DNA of 64,000 bases from Chthoniobacterales bacterium. GTDB taxonomy: Bacteria > Verrucomicrobiota > Verrucomicrobiia > Chthoniobacterales > SZAS-18. The stretch's first letter is position 1; every line of letters begins with the position of its first letter. The stretch covers positions 4,293 through 68,292 of the forward strand of contig JBBRQH010000020.1 in the NCBI GenBank assembly GCA_038226705.1. The letters are read 5' to 3'. The notes beneath the pieces were generated by a model. That model searched no databases. It was not told the origin of the DNA and saw only the letters and a list, made by a program, of their open reading frames with translations. Both the position numbers and the translations under genes were made by a program. Positions 18,776 to 28,100 of the stretch are shown one piece after another.

Positions 18776-19840
18776 ATGGCGCAGCGCGATCAACCTAAAC
18801 CCCGGCCGTCGCGACGCCCGCCCGTGGCCGGGAAACGCGACATCCTGGCGGTCACGGCGCGGCCGGAGCGCGTGGCGGCCGTACGCCGGCGACGCACCTG
18901 GAAGGTTGCCTTTGCGACGCTGCTTCTCGGGGTGATCGTCCTCGGCGGCGCTTATGCCTTTCTCCACATTCGCACCCGGTTCTTCATCGAGAATCCCCAC
19001 TACGAGTTGAAGGAGCTGGAAGTGAAGACCGACGGCACGCTGGCGCGCGACGCGATCTTGCGGGCCGCAGGACTCGAACTCGGCGTGAATCTTTTCCGGC
19101 TGGATCTGGCGGAGGCCGGGCGCCGTCTGGAGGCATTGCCTCAGGTGGAGCGGGCGAATCTGCGCAAACTCTTCCCCGCGACCGTCGTGATCGAAATCGT
19201 GGAGCGCAAACCGGTGGCTTGGTTTGTGGCGGAAGGCGCCGGCACGTCGCGAGAACAAGTGGTGGCCGAAGCGCACTCCCTCCTGGCTGACAGGAACGGA
19301 GTCCTTATGCACGTGCGCCAGCCTTCGCCCGAACAAGCTGCGCTGCCTATCGTACATGGCTGTTCCGCCGCAGAACTGCAGCCCGGCAAGACCCTGCAGC
19401 ACGAAGCCGCCTTGTCGGCCCTCCGCTGGCTGGCCGCCCACCGCGACAGCCCCGTGGCTGCGCGCTTCGCGGTGCAGGACATCGATGTCTCGCGCGGCTA
19501 CGCCCTCGTGGCACGGGACCGCAGTGGTTTGCTCGTCACGTTTGGAGTCGAAGGCTACGGGCTCGATCGCACCCGCTACGCGGACCAGCTCCAAAAGCTC
19601 GACCTGCTGCTCGGTGAGTGTGAGCGCGCCGGTCAGAAACCCACGAGTATCGATCTCATGGCACCGAAGAACACGCCCGTCGTCTTCGCTTCCCCCACCC
19701 CTACGGTGGTGCCAGAAGTTTCGGCGCCACCCACGCCCACGCCCAAGCCCACGCCGACACCCGGACGCGAAAACCGCACCAAACCGGCACCGAAACCGAC
19801 CGAGATTCCCGTGCGAAAAGCGATCCCGGTGGGCCGTTAA
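18776..19840 (+). CDS. ftsQ: FtsQ-type POTRA domain cell-division protein with a Pro/Thr-rich C-terminal tail
   Basis: A TM anchor VAFATLLLGVIVLGGAYAFL is followed by YELKELEVKTDGTLARDAIL...LPQVERANLRKLFPATVVIEIVERKPVAW. Start chosen at the internal ATG (MAQRDQ). Confidence 0.75.
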   Translation: MAQRDQPKPRPSRRPPVAGKRDILAVTARPERVAAVRRRRTWKVAFATLLLGVIVLGGAYAFLHIRTRFFIENPHYELKELEVKTDGTLARDAILRAAGLELGVNLFRLDLAEAGRRLEALPQVERANLRKLFPATVVIEIVERKPVAWFVAEGAGTSREQVVAEAHSLLADRNGVLMHVRQPSPEQAALPIVHGCSAAELQPGKTLQHEAALSALRWLAAHRDSPVAARFAVQDIDVSRGYALVARDRSGLLVTFGVEGYGLDRTRYADQLQKLDLLLGECERAGQKPTSIDLMAPKNTPVVFASPTPTVVPEVSAPPTPTPKPTPTPGRENRTKPAPKPTEIPVRKAIPVGR

Positions 19841-19913
19841 GAGATTTTGACCGGTCACGGTTTGCCAGCCCGGCATTGACCCGATGCGCAGGCGCTGGCA
19901 CGAGGTAATCCTC

Positions 19914-21661
19914 ATGGCGCCGCGTTCCCTGCTCGCACTCGCGATCTCTTCTCTCGCTCTCCTGCCCTTTGCCGCGGGCGCACCTGCGACAAAGGCAATT
20001 GTCGGCGGCACGCTCATCGATCCCGCCTCCGGCCGGGTGATCGAGGATTCCGTCATCGTGATCGAAGGCGACCGCATTAGCGCGGCCGGCCCCGGCAAGG
20101 AAGTGAAGATTCCCGCCGCCGCCGAACGCGTGGACGCAAGGGGACGCTGGATCATTCCCGGCTTGATCGATACCCATGTGCACTTCTTCCAGTCCGGCGG
20201 CCTCTATACCCGCCCGGATGGCTGCGACCTGCGCGCGGTACGCCCGTATCCGGAAGAGATCGCCGGAATTAAGAAAAATCTGCCGGACACCTTCAAACGC
20301 TGGCTGCGCAGCGGCGTGACTTCCGTGGTCGATGTCGGCGGTCCGTTTTGGAACTTCGACATGCGCGACCAGGCGCGCGCCACCAAGGCTGCCCCGCGTG
20401 TGGCCGTCGCGGGTCCGCTCATTTCCAGCGTCTCGCGCGAAGCGCTCGATCTCGGCGATCCTCCCATCCTCGAAATCAAGACGCCGGAAGAGGCGCGCGC
20501 ACTCGTGCGCCGGCTCGTCGAACGAAAGCCCGATTTTGTGAAGATCTGGTACATCCGGCGCACGCCCGAGGACGTCGAAAACTTCCGCCCCATCGTGCGA
20601 GCCACGATCGAGGAGAGCCACGCCCATAAGGTGGCGTCGCTGTCCATGCCACGGAACTCGAGACCGCCCGGGCTGCCGTCCAGGAAGGCGCTGAAGTACT
20701 CGTTCACATGGTGAGCGACACCGATGTGGATGCGGATTTCATCAAGCTCGCGCGCGATCGCAAGGTAATCATCATCCCGACGCTGGTGGTGAATGAACGC
20801 TACTACCGGACCTTTGGCGCCTCGCTCAATCTCCTCCCGGCCGAGCTCCGCTTCGCAAACCCCGCCGTGGTCGGGACGCTGACCGATATCCGGCATCTTT
20901 CGCCCGATCTCCTTCCCGCGCGGATCAAGCAGGCCATGAGCGAGCCGGAAAGAAACGAACGCGCGATTCAGCTCGTGCTCTCCATCGTGAAGCGGAATTT
21001 GAAGGCGCTTTTTGAAAGCGGCGTGACGGTCGCGGCCGGCACCGATGCCGGAAACATCGGCACCCTGCATGGCCCTTCCATCTTTCGTGAATTTGTCCTC
21101 ATGACCGAAGCGGGCCTTACGCCCATGCAGATTCTCGCTTGTGCCACGGCGAATGGCGCACGGGTCTTTGGGCCGAATGCCAACACCGGCGAAATCGCGG
21201 CGGGCAAACTGGCCGACCTCGTTATCCTGCGCGCCAACCCGTTGGAAGCGATCGGGAACACCGCGAACATTCAGACCGTCATTAAAGGCGGTGACGTTTA
21301 CGACGCGGATACCCTCATCGAGCAGACGCCGGAGGAGGTCGTGCAACGGCAGGTTAACGCCTTCAACGCCCATAACGTTGAAGTGTACCTCTCTACCTAT
21401 GCGCCAGAGGCGAAGTTCTCCCGGGAACCCGACCAGATCCGCGAGACCGGCCCGGCGGCAATTCGTCAGTCGCTGGAGAAGGAATTTGCCGCTTCCCCGT
21501 CACTCCATCTCCAGGTCGTAAAACGAACCGTGACCGGCAACACCGTGGTCGATCACGTCGCAATGATCCGCGCCACGAATCCGCGGAAGCCGGAGGAGTC
21601 AGTCCTGACCTATGAAGTGAGCGGCGGCTTGATCCGCAGTCTGCACTCCGTGACGAAATAG
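19914..21661 (+). pseudogene. Secreted amidohydrolase fused to a C-terminal NTF2/SnoaL-like domain; disrupted by a frameshift near 20627-20640 (or a sequencing error)
   Basis: ORF 19884..20714 carries IPGLIDTHVHFF. After ...EESHAHK the homologous continuation VAVHATELETARAAVQEGAEVLVHMVSDTDVD is in the frame of ORF 20708..21661, directly behind an in-frame TAA at 20627-20629. Confidence 0.7.
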
Positions 21662-21751
21662 CGGTCCTCGGGACACTTGACTGCTACCGGGCACGGTCGG
21701 GGTTCACTTTCCGGCGATCGCTGGTATCTTTCGCGCTCATTTCACCCCGCC

Positions 21752-23563
21752 ATGCCTGCCCTTGTTGCTGCCCCGCTCTCCTTTGTCGCGAACGCTTTTC
21801 GATATACCCGCCGGGAGTCGCGCGCGGTGCGCGTGGGCAAGGTGGGGGTTGGCGGATCGAATCCGATCCGCGTGCAGTCGATGATCACCTGCGACACGAT
21901 GGATACCGCCGCGTGCATCCAGCAATCGCTCGATCTCGCCGCGGTAGGATGTGAGATCGTCCGCATCACGGCTCCCACCGTGAAGGACGCCGCCAATCTC
22001 GAGCATATCAAGGCCGGTCTGCTGGCTCGCGGCTGCGATGTGCCCCTCGTGGCTGACATTCATTTCAAGCCAGATGCCGCCATGGAGGCCGCAAAATGGG
22101 TGGAAAAGGTGCGCGTAAACCCGGGGAACTTCGCGGATTCGAAAAAATTCAACGTCCGCGAATACACTGACGACCAGTACGAAGCGGAACTCGAGCGAAT
22201 TCGCGAACGCTTTACGCCGCTCGTGCGGCGCTGCCTCGAACGCGGCATTTCCCTCCGGATTGGCACCAATCATGGTTCGCTCTCCGATCGCATCATGAAT
22301 CGCTTCGGCGATACCCCGCTCGGCATGGTCGAAAGCGCCTTGGAATACACGCGAGTCGCCCGCGACCTCGGCTGTCACGACCTCATTTTCTCAATGAAGG
22401 CGAGCAACCCAAAGGTGATGGTGAATGCCTATCGCCTCCTGGTCGCGCGCTTGAATGAACTCGGTCCGGACTGGAATTATCCCATCCATCTCGGCGTCAC
22501 CGAAGCTGGCGACGGCGAAGACGGTCGGATCAAGAGCGCCACCGGTATCGGTTCGCTGCTCGCAGATGGGATCGGCGACACGGTCCGCGTCTCGCTCACC
22601 GAGGACAGCGTGCATGAGATCCCCGTGGCGCAGGCGCTCGTCGCACCATTCAATGCCAGCCGCATCCCGGATTCCGAACTATCCGCGGAGGATCTGCCGT
22701 TCGATCCGTTTACCTATCAGCGCCGGGAAACCCATCGCGTTGTCATCCAGGGCGTCGCGCTGGGCGGAGAGGAAGTGCCGCGCGTCGTAGTGGCCGAGGA
22801 GACGTTCAACGCCGTGGCCCACAAACTCGCCCAACTCGGCGACTTTCAGCCCGAAATTGTGCGTGAAGCCGCTCTCGCCGCGGGCGAAATCGTCGAAATC
22901 GATCCACGCGATGAGGATGCCATCGCGGGGCTCAACGCCTCGCCTTTGGCGCGTCTAGTCGCCGTGCAGGACGGCCTCACCAATCTGCCCACCATCACGG
23001 CGTACCGGCTCCTCGCCGCACGCGTCGCAGAACGCCATCCGATTTTGCTCAAGGATACGCTGCTGCCCATGGCACCAGGCTGCAGTGACCGCGAGTTCGT
23101 CGCCGCTCTGCTCGACGCCGCCACCAGCATCGGTTCGCTTCTCTGCGACGGCATCGGCGACGCGGTCATGGTCCACGGTTGGAACACGCCGGGGCAGTCC
23201 CTGCGCATCGCCTACAACACCCTCCAGGCGGCCGGGGCCCGTATCTTCAAGACCGATTACGTGGCCTGCCCGAGCTGTGGACGCACGCTATTCAACCTCC
23301 AGGACACCACCGCCAAGATTCGCGCTGCCACCGGGCACCTCAAAGGTGTGAAAATCGCCATCATGGGCTGCATCGTGAATGGGCCGGGCGAAATGGCGGA
23401 TGCCGATTTCGGCTACGTCGGCGGCGCGCCCGCGAAGGTAAATCTTTATGTCGGCAAGAAGGCCGTGAAGTTCAATATCCCGGAGGCCGAAGCCGTCGAG
23501 CGCTTGCAGGATTTGATCCGCGAACACGGCAAATGGATAGATGCCCCCGTGGACGCGAACTGA
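21752..23563 (+). CDS. ispG: 4-hydroxy-3-methylbut-2-en-1-yl diphosphate synthase, long form with an insert domain
   Basis: GGSNPIRVQSMITCDT, RITAPT, NPGNF, and the C-terminal cluster motif CPSCGRT...GCIVNGPGEMADADFG. Confidence 0.92.
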   Translation: MPALVAAPLSFVANAFRYTRRESRAVRVGKVGVGGSNPIRVQSMITCDTMDTAACIQQSLDLAAVGCEIVRITAPTVKDAANLEHIKAGLLARGCDVPLVADIHFKPDAAMEAAKWVEKVRVNPGNFADSKKFNVREYTDDQYEAELERIRERFTPLVRRCLERGISLRIGTNHGSLSDRIMNRFGDTPLGMVESALEYTRVARDLGCHDLIFSMKASNPKVMVNAYRLLVARLNELGPDWNYPIHLGVTEAGDGEDGRIKSATGIGSLLADGIGDTVRVSLTEDSVHEIPVAQALVAPFNASRIPDSELSAEDLPFDPFTYQRRETHRVVIQGVALGGEEVPRVVVAEETFNAVAHKLAQLGDFQPEIVREAALAAGEIVEIDPRDEDAIAGLNASPLARLVAVQDGLTNLPTITAYRLLAARVAERHPILLKDTLLPMAPGCSDREFVAALLDAATSIGSLLCDGIGDAVMVHGWNTPGQSLRIAYNTLQAAGARIFKTDYVACPSCGRTLFNLQDTTAKIRAATGHLKGVKIAIMGCIVNGPGEMADADFGYVGGAPAKVNLYVGKKAVKFNIPEAEAVERLQDLIREHGKWIDAPVDAN

Positions 23564-23616
23564 AGGACCTGCACGACCGGCTGGTGCGAATCGGTTCCCG
23601 CGTCCGGTGCCGGCAC

Positions 23617-23650
23617 AAAAAAGGGTGCAGTTGGGCTCCGGACCTGCACC
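23617..23650 (-). terminator. Intrinsic terminator on the minus strand with no annotated minus-strand gene upstream
   Basis: The minus strand reads GGTGCAG-13 nt-CTGCACC followed by CTTTTTTG. Confidence 0.45.
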
Positions 23651-23805
23651 GCCGAGGAACGCCCCGACGCCGGGTGAGTCATAGGCGTGGAGAAAGCGGA
23701 CGGAAGGAGGAACAGGCGGCGCCTTCGGAGGGGGCCCGCATTTGGTGGTATTTATGTTCTTTCAGAGGGAAACGGAAAAAATTGAGCCAAAACGTCTCTT
23801 TCCGA

Positions 23806-24254
23806 AAGAGTCGGCGCTATTATTCGAAGAGGCGGCGCTCTTCCCAAAGAGCCGGCGCTCTTATTCGAAGAGCCGGCGCTCTTACGCGAAGAGCCGACGC
23901 TCTTATTCGAAGAGTCGGCGCTCTTACTCGAAGAGGCGGCGCTCTTCCCAAAGAGCCGGCGCTCTTATTCGAAGAGGCGACGCTCTTACGCGAAGAGCCG
24001 GCGCTCATGCGCGAAGAGCCGGCGCTCTCATCCGAAGAGTCGGCGCTCTTCCCAAAGAGCCGGCGCTCTTATTCGAAGAGCCGACGCTCTTACGCGAAGA
24101 GCCGGCGCTCTTGCGCGAAGAGTCGGCGCTCTTGCGCGAAGAGTCGGCGCTCTTTCCGAAGACCCGGCCCTCGTATTCGAAGAGCCGGCGCTCTTGCGCG
24201 AAGAGCCGGCGCTCTTATTGGACGAGTCGGCGTTTTCGTCCGAAGAGCGGCTGC
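23806..24254. repeat. Tandem array of 22 units of 21 bp (four units of 20 bp), each with the dyad AAGAGC-N4-GCTCTT; 104-bp higher-order periodicity
   Basis: Unit starts (first A of AAGAG) are 23806, 23827, 23847, 23868, 23889, 23910, 23931, 23951, 23972, 23993, 24014, 24035, 24055, 24076, 24097, 24118, 24139, 24159, 24180, 24201, 24222 and 24243. The short units at 23827, 23931, 24035 and 24139 are exactly 104 bp apart. Confidence 0.95.
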
Positions 24255-24359
24255 TAAAGCAGGGAACACGACCTTCGATCTTCGATCGAAGTTCGACACG
24301 CTTCGCCACCAACCGCCAACTACAACCGACACCCATCTCAGCCACGAACCCTGGCTGCC

Positions 24360-24854
24360 ATGTCTAACCCGACCGAAAAAGCGGACGTGAAAGCCTGCCT
24401 TGAAGCTTGCGAGAAGTGCATCGAGATCTGTGACAAGGCGGCCGCGGAGGAAGCGCGGCTGACCGCTCCCGGGCGATCGAAGTTTGGAGATCTCTGCGCG
24501 GATGCCGCGGATATCTCTCGGTCGACAGCTTCATTCCTCCGGCGCGAATCACCGGAGACCCCGCGAATCTGCGCCCTTTGCGCCCAGATTTGCCGCCTCT
24601 GTGCGGACGCGGCCGCGCCCTCGGCAGCGACGAGCGAGCTGCACCTTCTTTGCGCGAAAGCCTGCACGTTCTGTGCGGACGAATGCGCCCTCCACGCCGT
24701 AGAGCGTAGAGCTGAAGGCAAGAAATACAGTCGCGGACTTGCCTCTCCCGGAAAGCCAACCCAGGTCTCCAGGCGCGCAAATCCCGCCGCGCCTCCAGAC
24801 CCCCTCTCCGGCCGACCCCAATCCGAACACGCCAAGGTAACGTTTGGACGCTGA
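24360..24854 (+). CDS. Cys-rich four-helix-bundle (DUF326-type) putative copper-binding protein
   Basis: Repeated CxxxCxxC-type motifs: CLEACEKCIEICD, CALCAQICRLCAD, CAKACTFCADECA. Confidence 0.75.
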   Translation: MSNPTEKADVKACLEACEKCIEICDKAAAEEARLTAPGRSKFGDLCADAADISRSTASFLRRESPETPRICALCAQICRLCADAAAPSAATSELHLLCAKACTFCADECALHAVERRAEGKKYSRGLASPGKPTQVSRRANPAAPPDPLSGRPQSEHAKVTFGR

Positions 24855-25134
24855 GGGCATTTGCCCCTGGACCTTCATGCGCCACGCCGTGCCGAAGGAG
24901 GCCACTCTCACTCGTTTCTCAGCGCGATTCCGACCCACCACGAAAATTTTACGACGCATCCGCCCGGCCGACCCGAACCGCAAGACCAGCTGCGTGCTCG
25001 TAACAAGCTATTGACGTGCGCTTTACAAAAAAACTTCCTCGAGAATGCGCGTCCCTTTCGGGGCGGATAGGCGAGCTCCCCTCGTGATTGGGGCTGGCGC
25101 AATCACCGGGTTGTGTCATGACGCCGCTCCTCCC

Positions 25135-28100
25135 ATGTTTTACCGTATCTGCGCCTCCCTCGTCGCGACCCTTCTGCTCGCGAGCTCCTGCCTCGGTCAA
25201 ATCAGCTATACCGGGGGCACCTACACGCAAGACTTCAATACGCTCCCGAACTCCGGGACGTACACGCTCAGCGGCGCCGGGCCGATCGCCCTCGACGCGG
25301 CGCCGATCAACGCGGCCGGAATGGCGGGCTGGTCCATCGGCCTCGTGCCCGGCAGCAGCGGCACCAACACGCTCTTCCGCGTCGATACCGGCGCCTCGAA
25401 TTCTGGCTCCGCGTACTCATATGGGGCGAGCGCCGCGACAAACCGTGCGCTTGGCTCGGTCGCCAGTGGAACGACCATCTCACGCTTCGGCGCCATCTTC
25501 ACCAACGGCACCGGCAATACCATCACGAGCGTCACGATCGGCTATACCGGCCAGCAATGGCGGAATGGCGGATCGAATTTCGCCAACACTCTCCGGTTCT
25601 CGTACGCCGTCGGGGCTGCGAGCATTAGTGATACCGCGGCGACGTTTGCGGAAGTCACCACCCTGAATCTCGTCTCGCCCGTGGTCGGAACGACCGCAGC
25701 CGCCCTCGACGGCACGCTGCCCGGCAACCAATCCGCGCTCACCGCTCAAGTCGCCGGACTCCTCTGGCCTCCCGGGCAGACGCTGGTCATTCGCTGGAAC
25801 GACGCCAACGATGCCGGCTCCGACGACGGACTCGCTATCGATGACTTTTCGTTCACCAGCGCAGCTGGCGGTGGACCGCTGACGGTGACCGGCACCACCC
25901 CGGCGAACGGGGCGGTAAACCAGGCTCCGAACGGAAGCCTGTCGGTCACGTTCAATCACCCGGTCACGGTGACCGGCAATTGGTATCAGATCACGGGCAC
26001 TACCAGCGGCACGCACGCCGCCACCGTGACGGGCGGGCCTTCCACTTTCTCGCTCAAGCCGACGACCGAACTGGCCTTCGGCGAAACCGTTTCGGTGACC
26101 TTCGTGGCGGCCAATATCGTGGACCAAAACACGAGCCTGAATCTCCCGGCCGATTACACCTTCAGCTACAGCACCGTCGCGGCCCCGCTCAGCACGACCT
26201 TCATTCACGACATCCAGGGCAGCGGTGCGAGCAGTCCGATCGTGGGCACAAATGTGCGCATCCAGGGCGTGGTGACCGGCTCTTTCCAGAGCACGACGAA
26301 CGGCCTGAAGGGCTTCTTTGTTCAGGAGGAGGATGCAGATGCCGACAACGACCCGAATACTTCGGAAGGCATCTTCGTTTTCGATAATGGCAATGCTCCA
26401 GCCGTGCTGCAGGGACACTTGGTGACCGTGATCGGCACGGTTACAGAATTCAACGGACTAACGGAACTTTCGCCCACTCTCTCCGTGCAGATCAACGGAT
26501 TTGCGCCCTTGCCCAACGCCGTGCAACTCACGCTACCGCTCGCGAGTGCCACAGACCTCGAGAGGTATGAGGGAATGCGCGTGGTTCTGCCGCAGACGTT
26601 GACCGTCACAAATAACTTTGACCTCGGACACTTCGGAGAAATTGAAATCTCCTTGGGGCGTCTCGCGCAGCCAACCAATGTGACCACCCCAGGGGCAGCC
26701 GCGAACGCTTTGCAGGCTCAAAATAATCTCAACCGCATCAAGGTGGACGACGGCTCGAGCAGCCAATACGTGGATCCCACCCCGTATGAATTCGGCGCGA
26801 GCCCCACCTTGCGCACCGGCAACACTGTTACGGGCCTGACCGGCGTGGTCACTTATATCGCTGGTTCGTACAGTATCGAGCCGACCAGCACGCCCGTTTT
26901 CGTCGATGCGAATCCGCGGCCGGCACCTCCGGCGGTGGGCGGAAACGTCCACGTTGTCGGCGCCAATGTGTTGAATTACTTCAACGGCGATGGGCTGGGC
27001 GGGGGGTTTCCCACCGCGCGTGGAGCCACGACGCCGGCGGAATTAGCCCGGCAACGCGCGAAAGTGGTGGGGGCACTTTCCGCCCTGAACGCCGATATCT
27101 ACGGCCTGACCGAAGTCGAGAACGACGGCTACGGACCCACCAGTGCTCTGCAGGATATCGTCAACGGCCTGAACACGCTGGCACCAAGTGGAACCTCCTA
27201 CACTGCGATCGCTCCCTCGTTCGCCCTCGGCACGGATCTCATTCGCGTCGCCCTGATCTATCGCAATGAGACGGTTACGCCGGTCGGCCTGCCGGCCACC
27301 ACCAATGACGTTTCGTTCAGCGGCGCCCGGCCCCCTCTGGCGCAGACCTTCCAGGAAATCGCCAGCGGCGAGAAGCTCACCGTTTGTGTCAACCACTTCC
27401 GGGCCAAAGGCAGCGCCGCCGCAGGCGATCCACTCAATCTCGACCAAGGCGACGGGCAGGCGACGAACAACCACCTGCGCGTGCAGGAGGCCATGGCCCT
27501 CACGTCGTGGCTGGCCACCGATCCCACCGCTAGCGGCGACCCGGACTTCCTCATCATCGGCGACCTGAATTCCTACGCGATGGAAGATCCCATCATGACC
27601 ATCAAGAGCGCGGGTTACACCGATCTCACGCGTACTTACGAAGGCGCGAGCGGCTATTCCTACGCGTTTGCCGGCCAGTTCGGCCACCTCGACTATGCGC
27701 TGGCAACCGCAAGCCTCACCAGTCAGGTCACCGGAACCCAGGCCTGGCACAACAATTCGGACGAGCCCATTTTCCTTGACTACAACCTCGAGAACAAGAC
27801 TCCCGCGCAGGCCGCCCTCAATGTGGGCACACCCTACCGCGCCTCCGATCACGATCCCATTCTCATCGGCATCACCCTCGTTCAGGCGCAGGCGCCGCTC
27901 GTCACGCAGGATCCGGCCAGCCAGACGGTCAACACGGGCGACACCGTCACTTTCACCGTGATGGCCACGGGCACGCCTGCGCTCTCCTACCAATGGTTCA
28001 AAGACTTGCAGCCGATTGGTGGTGCGACGAGCGCCACGCTCGTGCTGCCGAGCGTCGGGCTCGGCGCTGCGGGATCTTATACGGTCGCGGTGACCAACTT

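Noticed and set aside
18314-20155. 613-aa minus-strand ORF
   Set aside because: It is antisense to the lipoate-ligase-like, ftsQ and amidohydrolase genes, is extremely Arg/Gly/Ala/Pro-rich and has no motifs. This is the typical shadow ORF of GC-rich DNA.
23806-24254. CRISPR array
   Set aside because: The repeats are contiguous with no unique spacers, the unit is only 21 bp, and no cas genes are nearby.
23742-24257. 171-aa ORF (and 23179..24390, 403 aa) spanning the 21-bp array as a repeat protein
   Set aside because: The ORFs are open only because the unit has no stop in any plus frame. The 20-bp units rotate the reading frame every 104 bp, giving three unrelated peptide repeats. This is inconsistent with selection on a protein, although translation cannot be excluded without data.
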